A stretch of 64,000 nt of DNA, taken from assembly GCA_963758525.1 (NCBI GenBank), contig CAVWVQ010000003.1:256001-320000 (forward strand), in the 5' to 3' direction. Under the pieces are notes generated by a model. It saw only the letters and a list, made by a program, of their open reading frames with translations, searched no databases and was not told the DNA's origin. The stretch comes from an uncultured Phycisphaerales bacterium. GTDB lineage: Bacteria; Planctomycetota; Phycisphaerae; Tepidisphaerales; Tepidisphaeraceae. Each line of letters opens with the position of its first letter. Within the stretch, counting starts at the first letter, position 1. Both the position numbers and the translations under genes were made by a program. Positions 29,891 to 40,973 of this stretch are shown here, piece after piece.

Positions 29891-30220
29891 CTACTCCCGC
29901 TCCGCGATCCTGACATTGAAGCTTTGTGCGCCGATCTGCAACCCATTTCCGCTATCCGGCTTGACGTGCCCATTAAGTCCGTAGAAGACCTGCTTGCCAT
30001 GCCGGCGATTGCTGATGAGATTTCGCATGCGAAGCAGGCCCAGATGATGACTCACCGTCGGCTGCGGAAGCCCAAGCTCGTCGCAGAGGCTCGTTACATT
30101 TCGTTCGCCGCTCGCCAGCAACAGCAGAATGTTAAGGCGTGTCTTATCTGACAGAAGCCGGAATAATTCCACCAGTCCGTCCAATTCGCGTCCGGACGCC
30201 CCTGTCCCTCGCTTTTGCAT
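29891..30220 (-). CDS. ArsR/SmtB transcriptional regulator
   Basis: FRLLSDKTRLNIL, QPTVSHHLGLLR, RRHGKQVFY; start uncertain. Confidence 0.88.
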   Translation of the reverse strand: MQKRGTGASGRELDGLVELFRLLSDKTRLNILLLLASGERNVTSLCDELGLPQPTVSHHLGLLRMRNLISNRRHGKQVFYGLNGHVKPDSGNGLQIGAQSFNVRIAERE

Positions 30221-30478
30221 GCACAAATCTCCTCGCGTAGGTGCGGAGCCATGTCGGTTCGTGCAATCATAGGGATCACCATCACTCGTCGTCAAAAGAA
30301 CCGCTCCGTTTTTTCCGCCTCCCAGCGAGAGCGTGTGATTCTGAAGCTGCCGCCCGTCTGCAAGCGGGGCTTTTATCGTTCAGTGACGCCGATTGCGCCG
30401 GCAAAAACGGCTGGATAACTTATTTTTGGGGCGGCTACAGGGACTTTTCGTAGATGTCGAGGCCGATGAAGTATTTCA

Positions 30479-30721
30479 TCACCACTCGGGATTGGCAGTG
30501 GGAGGAGGATCGTCGGGGATGTCGAAGGGTTCATTGGCGAAGGAGCCGGCAGTCCGCTCGAAATATCCCGGCGGCCATCCCCTGCTGTCGGTCGGGCGCG
30601 AGGCAACGCCGCCTTGGCGAACCAAGGCCATCGCGTCGCGGACAAGGCGCTCGAGCAACGAAGCCGCGCGGGCGTCCAACTTCTGAAGCGTCTCTTCGAG
30701 TTCCGATGTCACGCTGCTCAT
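30479..30721 (-). CDS. Small antitoxin-like hypothetical protein
   Basis: 80 aa with GWPPGYFERTAGSF and an acidic/Pro tail; stop overlaps a 14-codon ORF starting MKY. Confidence 0.5.
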   Translation of the reverse strand: MSSVTSELEETLQKLDARAASLLERLVRDAMALVRQGGVASRPTDSRGWPPGYFERTAGSFANEPFDIPDDPPPTANPEW

Positions 30722-30978
30722 GACCAACATCCTACTGCGAAAATCCCCGCCAGCGTCCGGCGGTTCTTCGCGGGGCGAGGCAACACGTCCTCGAATTCCG
30801 ACTCCGCTGACTTCGGAGCCAGTTTGGCACGCCGGGCGGCGAGTCGATAGCGGGCGCAGGCTCGCCATGCTCGGTCGCCTGGCCCTGGCTCATAGCGGAG
30901 ATCCGCGGACCAACTGCTCACCAGCAACACATGTCGAGCTTGAGCCATCGCGGTCTCTTGCGTGCGCCGGCCTCGTCC

Positions 30979-31680
30979 TCAATCGGGATATTCGTCGGAA
31001 CCCTGCACCCACATGAATGACTGGAGGTCAATCATGTCGCGGGGGCGGAGGTCGTGGACGTCGCGGCGTATGGTTCGGGCGAAGGCAAGCAGGCTGTTGT
31101 AAGTCGCGTAATTCGGGCGCGATTCATACCGAAAGGGAAAGCCATAGGCGTCGGCGGCGGCTCGCGTCACGTTCGGCTTCAGGAAGATGTGCCGCTTGGG
31201 CTGGGCAATGAACCCGAACACCGTGAGCAGCGGCCAGGTGAGAACGCGCGTCTGGCGGCGGGGAAGGCTGGCGACGGCGTCGCACCAATCGTTGAACTTG
31301 CGCTCGGGCTCGCCCTCAGCGTGGAGAAAGTCATACAAGGCAGTGGAAAACGCCCTAGCACCGGGTGCGGATTTGACCGCGTCGCGAAGAGCCATTTTTT
31401 CGAAGGAGAACAGAAGATTGGTGCGCGACTCGACGCGGACAGCGCGAGTGGCGGCCTCCCCGTATCGGCCCTCGCCCAGGAGGGACTCGAACGCGTCGCG
31501 CCCCAATTCGGTTTCCCATTGCTCGTGAGCATGGTACTTGTAGTTCCGCTCCCAGTTGAGGTAGGTCTCGTCACGGAAGCCGCCCGCGAAAAACCGCAGG
31601 AACTTGCGACGACAGCGGGCGGCAAGAGAGCGGGACGATACGGAGGGGTGTCGGGGAGCGGTGGCTTCCAACGTGGCCAT
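30979..31680 (-). CDS. Hypothetical protein
   Basis: 233 aa, GAGGAG RBS, last gene of a tightly spaced operon. Confidence 0.7.
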   Translation of the reverse strand: MATLEATAPRHPSVSSRSLAARCRRKFLRFFAGGFRDETYLNWERNYKYHAHEQWETELGRDAFESLLGEGRYGEAATRAVRVESRTNLLFSFEKMALRDAVKSAPGARAFSTALYDFLHAEGEPERKFNDWCDAVASLPRRQTRVLTWPLLTVFGFIAQPKRHIFLKPNVTRAAADAYGFPFRYESRPNYATYNSLLAFARTIRRDVHDLRPRDMIDLQSFMWVQGSDEYPD

Positions 31681-31689
31681 GCCTGCTCC

Positions 31690-32517
31690 TCATGCGCTGC
31701 CCATTTCGGATCTCGCCACGCCGCCAAAAAGCCGCGAGCGGCGGGAGTCGCCGTTGCCGAAGGGTCGGTCGGAATGTGAGGTGTCGTGGCCCCGGCGGTA
31801 GAGCGCTATGCCCGCCGCCACGGCGGCTACGCCGAGGAGCGTACGAACCGAAGGCTTTGGCATCCATCGCATGACGTCCACCACCAGGCGCGGCGGCTCC
31901 TGAGGTTGAGGTGCGGACTCAGTCGCGCGGGACGAGGGGAATTCCGGCTCGAGATCTTGGCCCGCGAACAGCCGGATGATGGCGGTGACGAACGGCTTGA
32001 GGTCCTGCGGTCCGCGACTGGTCACCAGATTCCCGTCGTGGATGAGCGGCTCATCCAGCCATGTGGCGCCGGCGTTAATCAAGTCGTCGCGCAGTCCTGG
32101 CCATGAGGTCAAACGCCGGCCGTGCAGGAGCCCCGCCGACGCCAAGACCCACGGGCCGTGGCACAGGCTGGCGATCGGTTTGCCGGTCTGGGCGTACGCC
32201 CGGACAAAGGCGCGGGCGGCGGCGGATTGGCGCAGCAGATCAGGATTGACAAACCCGCCGGGGATCAGCAGCCCGTCGTAGTCGTTGGGGTCGGCTTCAT
32301 CCAGCGTCAGATCGACGCCCACGCGCATCGCGGGTTCATGCAGGTTCATCCCCCGGATATGGCCGGGATGAATCGAGATAACATCCACTGTCGCTCCGGC
32401 CAGTCGCATCGCGTTGGCGGGAACGACCAGTTCAACCAACTCAAAACCGTCGACCGCCAGGACGGCGATGCGTCGCCCGGCCAAGGGCCCGTTTCCGTGC
32501 AGTATTTCGCTTAGCAT
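31690..32517 (-). CDS. DJ-1/PfpI family protein
   Basis: DGFE..EL, LLIPGG..NPD.LR, SLCHGPW, TSRGPQDL. Confidence 0.9.
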   Translation of the reverse strand: MLSEILHGNGPLAGRRIAVLAVDGFELVELVVPANAMRLAGATVDVISIHPGHIRGMNLHEPAMRVGVDLTLDEADPNDYDGLLIPGGFVNPDLLRQSAAARAFVRAYAQTGKPIASLCHGPWVLASAGLLHGRRLTSWPGLRDDLINAGATWLDEPLIHDGNLVTSRGPQDLKPFVTAIIRLFAGQDLEPEFPSSRATESAPQPQEPPRLVVDVMRWMPKPSVRTLLGVAAVAAGIALYRRGHDTSHSDRPFGNGDSRRSRLFGGVARSEMGSA

Positions 32518-32611
32518 GGTGCAACTCCGATAAATGGCCCCTTGCTCGTGCCGCTGCCGCGTTGGGCGGCGGACGCGAAGAGGTAAGCCAACGTGTGTGC
32601 GATTCACACCG

Positions 32612-33040
32612 TCAGGCGTTGATCAGCCCTTCGGCTTTATCCTTCGACAGCCGCGGCGCAAAAAAGATGTCGGCCACGACGACCGGCAAGACCGCTGCGA
32701 AAATCGTGGCGAGGCCGCCGGGGTTCTTCGTACGGGTGGCAGCCGTGCTGAGCAACACGCCGTCGAGCAGGTCGCCAAAGACGCGCGACCACAGACCCGG
32801 AGCCGGGTCCTCGTGCGACAGAAGGTCGATCCCGTGCATGATCTCCCGAATGCCGAGAACACGCAGAATACCGGTAACTTGGCCGTTGCCGACGCCCATC
32901 TTCTTTTCCAACTGCTTGGGCGAGAGGAGCTCAGTCAAACCGACAACGATGCTAGTCCAGCCCAGACACTGCGCCGCCTGCTGGTCGACAGCGGCGCGAC
33001 GGCGGGATTCGTACGACGATTTAGATTGCATGAAATGCAT
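32612..33040 (-). CDS. Small membrane hypothetical protein
   Basis: LGWTSIVVGLTEL, GIREI..G, WSRVFGDLLD. Confidence 0.7.
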   Translation of the reverse strand: MHFMQSKSSYESRRRAAVDQQAAQCLGWTSIVVGLTELLSPKQLEKKMGVGNGQVTGILRVLGIREIMHGIDLLSHEDPAPGLWSRVFGDLLDGVLLSTAATRTKNPGGLATIFAAVLPVVVADIFFAPRLSKDKAEGLINA

Positions 33041-33081
33041 GATGACATGCTCCGTTTTCTCAGTGTTTCAATTGCCTTCCG

Positions 33082-34274
33082 TCATGCCGCCGGGTCAAGG
33101 ACGACCTTGACGCAGCCGTCCATCTTCTCGCGGAAGATGTGGTAGCCCTGCGGGGCCTGGCTGAGCGGGATGCGGTGCGTGACGACGAAGCTCGGATCGA
33201 TCCGGCCGCTGCGGATATGATCCATCAGCTCGGGGACGTAGCGATGGACGTGCGTCTGGCCGGTCTTGATGGTCAAAGCCTTGTTCATCAGCGCGCCCAT
33301 CGGAATCTTGTCCGACATCCCGCCGTACACCCCGGGAATGGACACAGTGCCGCCCTTGCGGCAGCAGTTGATGACCTGACGGATGACCGCAGGGCGTTCA
33401 GTCTCCATCATCAGGTTGGTTTTAAGTTTGTCGTACACCGTCTCAAACGGCGTGGACCCGTGGGCTTCCATGCCAACGGCGTCGATCGCGATGTCGGGAC
33501 CCAATCCCGACGTCAGGTCGAGCAGACGGTCGTAGACGTCGTCGTGCCGGTTGTCGACCACAATCGCGCCAGCGTCGGCGGCCATGCGAAGGCGCTCCGG
33601 AACCGTCCGGCCGTTGTCGATCGCGATCACCTTCGCCGCGCCGAGCAGCATCGCGCTGCGGATCGTGAATTGCCCCACCGGGCCGCAGCCCCAGACGGCG
33701 ACGGTATCGTCGCGCTGGATGTTGCAGTGGTGCGCCGCCATGTAACCGGTCGGTAAGATGTCAGAGAGGAACACGAGTTGGTGGTCGTGAAACTCCTGGG
33801 GCATGACCTGGCAGTTGACGTCGGCGAGCGGCACGCGGAGGTACTCCGCCTGCCCGCCCGAGAAGCCGCCGGTCAGGTGCGAGTAGCCGAAGATGCCGGC
33901 GGTCGACTGGCCGAACATCTCCTCGCCGATGTAGGCCTTGGGGTTCGTGTTGTCGCAGCAACTGAACAATTGCCGCTTGCAGAAGAAGCATTCGCCGCAA
34001 GCAATGGGGAACGGGACGACGACGCGATCACCGACCTTCACCTTGCTCTTGTCGACGTCCGGGCCGACCTCTTCGACGATGCCCATTGGCTCGTGGCCGA
34101 GGACGTCGCCAGGCTTCATGAACGGAACGAAGCCGTCCACGAGGTGCAGATCGGAGCCACAGATGCAGGTCGAGGTAATTTTGACGATAGCGTCCCGGCG
34201 ATTGAGGATCTTTGGGTCAGGGACCCGCTCGACCTTCACCTTGTAGGGGCGCACCAGATTAATGCTTTCATCAT
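33082..34274 (-). CDS. Zn-dependent alcohol/glutathione-dependent formaldehyde dehydrogenase family (frameshift near 34250)
   Basis: MKALIW start; [32 protein letters not shown]. Confidence 0.9.
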
Positions 34275-34307
34275 GATAGTTGTCCTTCCGTGACCGGCCG
34301 TTCACGA

Positions 34308-35261
34308 TCAGGTGAACAGCGGACGCCATTGGTTTTCCGTGTACGGTTTGCCTTGGCCAGTGCAGGTGCCATGGGGCTGATTGATGATGGTTAAGATCTC
34401 GCCGACCTCCATCAGCCGCTTCAAGTTGCGAAGGTCTTCGCGCACGACACGCTTGGGGTTGCTGCCGAGCAGCGACGCAATCAGGTGACCCAGGCGTCCC
34501 GCTGGTGGGACATAGTCCATGCGGACGTGCACTTCCGTGCCGCGGTCCTCGCTGAGCCCCGGCGAGAAGGTGATTTGGCCAGCGTTCTGCACATCAGCGC
34601 CGGCGAGAGACCGCCAGGCGATGCGGCGGTTGGGCTCGTCGGTCGTGATCTCCGCGTCCCACTCAAAGCGTTTGCCGCCGAGGCTATTCGCTTTCGCGAC
34701 CCAGTGCGACCGGCGGTCGTCGATCACGCGCACGGACTCCAAGTGCGTCATGATGCGCGGGAGATTTTCAAAGTTGCGCCAGAAACTGTAGAGCTCTTCT
34801 GGAGATTTGCGGATACCGAAGGCGGTGGCGATGTGGATGCCGTTGTGCAGGCTTTCCAAGCCCTCGGCCTGGCCTTGGCCGGGCTCGGTCGTGTCGAGAT
34901 CCATTGCGCGGTACATGGGACATGACCCGGTCACGCCTCGGTAAACCATCGCGCCGCCCACCACCGCCCCAAGCAAGCCCGGCAGGGATCCGCGAGACAA
35001 GCCGGCCAGACCGATGATCGCGCCCGCCGCGATGGAGACGGCGCGTTCACCGTCCCCGACGTTCACCTGCTGACCCTGCCGTTGCAACTGCCGGCCTTGC
35101 GGCGATCGGCCGATCGAGGGCCGGTGCAAAAACCGTTCGCCCTCCAAATCGTCCTGTCGTTCGGTCGGCCGCTCCTGGGCGGCGACGCCGGGATTGCCGC
35201 CGTTATAGCCGGGTGTCCCCTTCGGCGAGTTGGCCTTGGGTAAGTCTTCAAGTCGTGTCAT
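34308..35261 (-). CDS. SRPBCC (cyclase/dehydrase) protein with DUF2892-type N-terminal domain
   Basis: [51 protein letters not shown]. Confidence 0.85.
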   Translation of the reverse strand: MTRLEDLPKANSPKGTPGYNGGNPGVAAQERPTERQDDLEGERFLHRPSIGRSPQGRQLQRQGQQVNVGDGERAVSIAAGAIIGLAGLSRGSLPGLLGAVVGGAMVYRGVTGSCPMYRAMDLDTTEPGQGQAEGLESLHNGIHIATAFGIRKSPEELYSFWRNFENLPRIMTHLESVRVIDDRRSHWVAKANSLGGKRFEWDAEITTDEPNRRIAWRSLAGADVQNAGQITFSPGLSEDRGTEVHVRMDYVPPAGRLGHLIASLLGSNPKRVVREDLRNLKRLMEVGEILTIINQPHGTCTGQGKPYTENQWRPLFT

Positions 35262-35367
35262 ATTGCCTCCGTGAAAAACGCCATACGCAAGTGACGCGTT
35301 GTCGCTCGGTCGCAGGCGCCGATACATCTGTTCCACACGGTCGCCATTTTGGTGGCTCGCGTGCGAG

Positions 35368-35383
35368 TGCAACCGAGGTGCCC
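35368..35383 (-). promoter_or_regulatory. Sigma54 -24/-12 promoter of the stress operon
   Basis: Minus strand GGGCAC-CTCGG-TTGCA matches TGGCAC-N5-TTGCW except the first base. Confidence 0.6.
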
Positions 35384-35812
35384 TTAGCGGCAAGATTTTT
35401 CGGAATCGGTCTAAAAAAAAGAATTTCACCCGCTTAAGGTGCTGCAGCAGTAGCCGCAATATGCATCGGGGTGACTCATCGGCGAGATATGCCGGTACAG
35501 AAACCTGAGAAGCTCAACGGCGCGCCGGCCGCATGTCGTACCTAGCCCGACAGGTTAGCGCGGGAGCGTGGGCGAGTGAGCGGCTCGTTTGAGCATTGAA
35601 TCCCCGGGGGGTAAGGCACGATCCCAGTCGGTCGGTGAGAGGCACCTTCGCCAGCTGACATGCTACCACGCACACACGACCGGCATCTGGAAGCGCTTCG
35701 TTCCCCCCAACTAAAATCATAACGCACGCGCCAACACCTGCAGCCCAGCTAATCGTGGCAGTCCCCCACGTACGCTGCCTGCGCGGCAGAATAATGAATG
35801 TCTTGTTAAGAA

Positions 35813-35883
35813 TGGAGCCACGGGGAATCGAACCCCGATTTGCTGAATGCGATTCAGCCGTCATCCCGTTAGACCATGGCCCC
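35813..35883 (-). tRNA. tRNA-Ala(CGC), CCA not encoded
   Basis: Acceptor GGGGCCA/TGGCTCC with G3:U70 and A73; anticodon arm GCTGA-ATCGCAT-TCAGC; T arm CGGGG-TTCGATT-CCCCG. Confidence 0.9.
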
Positions 35884-36094
35884 GAAACGCCAAGGGCGAT
35901 TGTATTGCAGGATCACTCGCGGTCAAGGATCGCGCGGCAATTCGAGCCGGCGCGAGCGTGTGCGTACTGCTTGCTGTAAAGGCATCCCATCGCGGCACTC
36001 AATGACCTCGCGAGCGCCCCTCCCAAAGTTGTTTAGCGGCTGCCCCCACGGCAGCGAAGTCTCCCCCACTTGCGCGTATTCGCGAACGTTCATC

Positions 36095-36206
36095 TAGAGT
36101 AGTTTCAGGTTGATCGCGCGTTTGTGGCGCAGGCTTCCAGCCTGCCTCCGGGGAGCAGGCTGGAAGCCCGCACCACAATGGCCGCAGTCCAACCTGAACA
36201 GCTCTA
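36095..36206. mobile_element. MITE-like element with IS630-like TA ends containing a REP doublet
   Basis: TAGAGTAGTTTCAGGTTG (36095-36112) / CAACCTGAACAGCTCTA (36190-36206); REP doublet at 36122-36178. Confidence 0.55.
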
Positions 36207-37774
36207 CGCCGACAAAGACTCCGCAGCGTCCGCGACGATCGGCTGGTCCAGCTCCATCTGCTGATTCATCTTCCAGAGCGTGGCGAGCGACGAGAAGCCC
36301 ACGTAAAAGTACCCGCCGGCGAAGATCAGCAGGAAGGCGATCGTGCCATAGCCGAAGCCCCAGAGCAGGCTGATGACGATGCAACTGGCCATGTAGACGC
36401 CAAAGGCAATCTCCAGCAGCGGGAGCCAGATCCGCTTGAAGGTCAGCACACTGTCCCCACGCAGTTTTCGGCGGTCGTTGCCGGTCACTCCGTACTTGGG
36501 CGTCCGCACAAATTCGCTGGGCTTGCGGCGGATCGAACCCCAGATCGCTTCAAAGACGGCCTTCGCATTGTTCAAACCGAGACCCACGCCAAGACTCATC
36601 AGGAAAGGCATGTAGAGAATCGTTTTCCACCCGGCTTTGTCGCCGAACAACTCACGCTGCCCGAAGACAAAAAATGTGCTGGCAGAGGCAGTAGCAAGAA
36701 TGAACAAGCCGACGCTGAAGAGGTAATGGCCCCAGGTATGTCCCTTGAGCGGCGCCTCGACGTTGTCGACGTAGCCAAAGAAGACGGGATACATGAGCAG
36801 CGTGAGCATCACCATCAGCGGATAGACCAGCGTGTTGGTCAGGTGATAAAACGCTTCCATCTTGATGCCCCACGACAATTGCTTGGACCGCAGGATGCGC
36901 GGGAGGAGCTTGATGGCGGTCTGGAAGCTGCCCTTCGTCCAGCGATGCGCCTGCTGCTTGAATCCGATCATTTCCGGAGGAAGCTCGGCCGTGCGCAGAA
37001 CTGAGGCAGATACACGAACTGCCAGCCTTTGAGCTGCGCGCGGTAGCTGAGGTCGAGATCTTCGGTGAGCGTATCGTGCTGCCAGCCACCGGCGTCGTCG
37101 ATGGTGGCTTTCCGCCAGACGCCAGCCGTCCCGTTGAAGTGCATAAACCTGCCGGAGCGGTTGCGGGCGGTGTGCTCGATGACGAAATGCCCGTCGAGGA
37201 AGATTGCCTGGCTTTTGGTCAGCAGCGATGCGTCGCGGTTCAGGTGGTCCCAGCGCACTTGCACCATGCCGATTTTGTCGTCTGTGAAATAGTTCACGAC
37301 ATTTTTGAGAATGTCGCGCGGCGGAACGAAATCAGCATCGAAGATGGCGATGAAATCGCCGCTCGCCTGCCGCATCCCCTCGGCAAGAGCCCCCGCTTTG
37401 TAGCCGATGCGGTTCTCACGCCGCACGTACTTGATCGGATATCCCTTGGCGGCCCACTCCTCGCACACGGCTTTGGCAATGTCCGCGGAGTGATCGGTGC
37501 TGTCGTCGAGCACCTGAATTTCGAGCAATTCCAGCGGGTAGTCCAACTGACAACAGTGCCGGATCACCCGCTCGGCAACCTGGTACTCATTGAACATCGG
37601 CAACTGCACGGTGATCCGCGGAAGAGTCTTGTACTTGCTTTTGGGCTCGTAGATGTCATCGCGGTGCTTGATGTACAGGTACACCAGAACGTAGCGGTGG
37701 AATCCATAGAACGCGACCGCCAGCAGAACCGCGACGTAAACCGTCACGATAATCACCTGCACCGGATGCCACAT
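36204..37774 (-). CDS. GT2 cellulose-synthase-like glycosyltransferase (frameshift near 36990)
   Basis: QLPMFNE, QVLDDSTD, GYKAGAL, FDADF, TEDLDLS, QQAHRWTKG. Confidence 0.9.
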
Positions 37775-38301
37775 AAGTTAGCTTACTTTCAGCGGACTGG
37801 CTCATCCGCCAGCCCGCAATAATCGGACGACATTTCTTCCCTGGGCGAGATGTGACGCCCGGCCTGGTTCACCCACAACGGAGCAGGATGGGCCGCTATT
37901 GCCCCAAAAACAGTAAATTCCTACCACAGCAAAACTTTTGACACATGTCCATTGATCGTCGGAGGCGGCGGTTTGGCCGGATCATAAGGAACCGGCCGTC
38001 TTACTGTCAATATTCAGAATCGATCGCAACTGTTGCCCCGGAAGTTGCCTACCCACGCAGCAGCCGCGTGAAAGCGATGCCGCGCCTTTGGGCAGCGGAG
38101 CCGCGGATGTACATCCGGGGCTTCTTCACTGCGGTTCACTGCGTTCGGGTCGTCGCCTCCTCAGCAACCCTGCATCTATTAACCCTCCGAGTTGCAATTC
38201 GTTGAATGGCGTGACAACGTACTGAAGCGCAGGCAGTACTCTAAAGGTTCATAGCTGGATCGCCGTATTGCTCCGCACCCGGTCTGATGGAGGTTCCCGA
38301 A

Positions 38302-39742
38302 ATGGTATCCCGTGATTCGCTCACTCGTCGTGATTTCGTCAAACGCACCGCCGCGCTGACCTTGGCCGCACCGGTGCTCGGGTCGGCTCGCGCGGTGCGC
38401 GCCGCCAAAGCGGCAACCCTCCCTCCCAGCGAGCGGATCACACTGGGATTTATCGGCATCGGCAAGCAGGCAACCGGGCATCTCGAGGCCCTCAGCGGCC
38501 TGGGCAATACCCAGGTCCTGGCCGTCTGCGACGTCGAGCCGATCCGACGCGCCCGGGCAAAGGAAATCGTCGACAAAAAATACGAGTTGCTCGAGCGCAA
38601 GGAAGCCGCTCCCTGCGATGCGTATAAGGACTTCCGCGAGCTGCTCGATCGCAAGGACATCGACGCGGTGGTGATCGGCGTTCCCGACCACTGGCATGCC
38701 GCGATTGCGATTGAAGCGTGCAAAGCCGGCAAGGACATCTACTGCGAAAAGCCGCTCACGCTGACGATTCACGAAGCCAAGACACTGATGGATGCCGTTC
38801 GCAAGCACGACCGGATCTTCCAGACCGGCAGCCAGCAGCGCTCCCAAGGCCCCTTCCGCCAGGCGTGCGATTACATCCGCAACGGCCGGCTCGGAAAGAT
38901 CTCTGAAGTTCACGTCGGCATCGGCCCGACCAGCAAGCCGTGCGACCTCCCGGGCGAAGAGCCGGAAGCCGGGCTCGACTGGGACGTCTGGCTCGGACAG
39001 GCGCCGATGCGGCCGTACAACCAGATCATCTGCCACCCGGGTCTTCCCGACACGTATCCCTTCAACCCCGGCTGGCGCGACTACCGCGAATACTCCGGCG
39101 GCTTCATCACCGACTGGGGCGCACACCACTTTGACATCACCCAGTGGGCGCTGGACATGGACCACTCGGGCCCCGTTGAAACCCGCGTCTCCACCTTGAA
39201 GGACCCCCAGTATGTGCGCGCAGGTTGTCTATCGCGGCTCGCCCGTCGGCGATGAAATCGTCGTCACCCACGTCAACAAGGTCTACGAATACGACACACT
39301 CGAGCCGCCCAAGTCGAAGAAGAAAGCCACCACCGAACCTGGCACTCAGCCGCAGAAGCTGACCACGCCGCGCCACGTTGTGGAAACCAATGGCATTCTT
39401 TTCATCGGCGAAAAAGGGAAGCTCTTCGTCAGCCGCAGCGATATCCGCACCGACCCCGAGTCCATCCTCGCCGAGCCGCTCACGGACAGCGACAAGAAAC
39501 TCTTCGTGTCTCCCGGCCAGCGGGAGAACTGGCTCGATTGCATCAAGTCGCGCGCCCTGCCGATCTGCGATGTCGAGATCGGTGCGCGGAGCGTAACCGT
39601 CTGTCATCTGATGAACCTCACCTATTGGCATGGCCGGAACCTCAAATGGGATCCCAAAACCTGGGAATTCCCCGGCGATGCCGAGGCCAACGACTGGCGC
39701 ACGCGGGAGCGGCGCAAGGGATACGAACTGCCGGAGATTTGA
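38302..39742 (+). CDS. Gfo/Idh/MocA oxidoreductase with Tat signal (frameshift near 39190)
   Basis: TRRDF, PDHWHA, YCEKP, QTGSQQRS, DWGAHHFD. Confidence 0.9.
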
Positions 39743-39967
39743 GGCTGGTGATTGGTGATTGGAACGTGACAAGAGAGTTGAAGACTAACGCGATCCGCTG
39801 CGACCGACGCGCGGTGATTTCGCCAGCTTGCTGAGCGGTGGCTTGCCCTTCGCGGGGCCAAGGAAGAATATTGGATCGTGCAGCCGCAAGTCATCGTCAC
39901 CGGCCATATCCGCCTCGACATCATTTCCGACTGGAAGCGCCTGTCCAATGCCGAGGCACGCGATGCG

Positions 39968-40045
39968 ACCCTGAACCCTGAACCCTGAACCCTGAACCCT
40001 GACACCCTGAACCCTGACACCCTGAACCCTGACACCCTGAACCCT
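39968..40045. repeat. ACCCTGA(C) tandem array, about 10.7 units
   Basis: Four 7-mers, then alternating 8-mer/7-mer units, between convergent genes. Confidence 0.92.
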
Positions 40046-40047
40046 CA

Positions 40048-40965
40048 TCACTTCTCCGCGCCCGCGCCGACGTCCGCAGCGGCCCGGTAGTCCTCGTTCG
40101 ATGGTTCCAAATCGCGGGCCCGTTTAAACGCGGTCATGGCTTCAGAGTGACGCTGCATGCGATCGTATGCGATTCCTAAATCGTACCAGTCGACCGCGAT
40201 GCCCGGCTGCATGCGCGTGGCATCCCGATACCAGCGAATCGCCTCCTCGTTTCGTTCAGCGATCAACGCGTCGTACCCCAGTTGGCCTTCCTCATATCCG
40301 GCATTCTTTGAGAAGTTGATCCACGGCCGTGCGAAGGTTGAGCCGACCAGCACGCCAATGACAAGAATGGACAATCCCGCCGACGCCAGGAAGCGTCGCG
40401 CCGGGGCCGCGGAAATTGCCAGTCCCAACAGGGCTCCCGCAACCGCGCCCACGCCGTGCGCGATATTGGCAATCGGATAGCCTGCGACCGTGAACGCGAT
40501 ACAGGCAAAAAACCAGATGACGAACAGCTCGATGGTTCTCTGGTCGATGACTCCATCGAACCGGCGATCCCGGCCCGACAGCACCCAGATCAATCCGAAC
40601 AGTCCGTAGCCGACGCCCGAAAGCCCGACACCGCCGTCGAGCAACGCGTATTCCGCGCCGTTCGATGCGAGCGCGAGCAGCACGAATATGCCAAAGGTTT
40701 TGGCGTGCCCAAAGGTCTCCTCGACGAGCGTTCCAAAGATCCAGATCCACCAGACATTGAACAGCAGATGCAACACATTCGCATGCGGCAAGACGGATGT
40801 CAGCAAGCGCCAGACTTGCCCCCGGCGGATATCCACCGTCTCAAACAGCGCGCGAATTTCCACCTTCCCCGACCACCACGCAAGCGTGACGCCAACCGCC
40901 AGCGCAATCGTCCCGCCGACCACGGGATATTTGAAGAAATCAGTCCAAGGCGGTGAGCGGCGCAT
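40048..40965 (-). CDS. Rhomboid intramembrane protease with C-terminal TPR
   Basis: WRLLT, HLLFN, GLSGVGYG, NIAHGVG. Confidence 0.88.
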   Translation of the reverse strand: MRRSPPWTDFFKYPVVGGTIALAVGVTLAWWSGKVEIRALFETVDIRRGQVWRLLTSVLPHANVLHLLFNVWWIWIFGTLVEETFGHAKTFGIFVLLALASNGAEYALLDGGVGLSGVGYGLFGLIWVLSGRDRRFDGVIDQRTIELFVIWFFACIAFTVAGYPIANIAHGVGAVAGALLGLAISAAPARRFLASAGLSILVIGVLVGSTFARPWINFSKNAGYEEGQLGYDALIAERNEEAIRWYRDATRMQPGIAVDWYDLGIAYDRMQRHSEAMTAFKRARDLEPSNEDYRAAADVGAGAEK

Positions 40966-40973
40966 GGGTTCCT

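Noticed and set aside
30400..35813. Integrative island at tRNA-Ala
   Set aside because: No integrase and no duplicated tRNA 3' end (att site) found by eye
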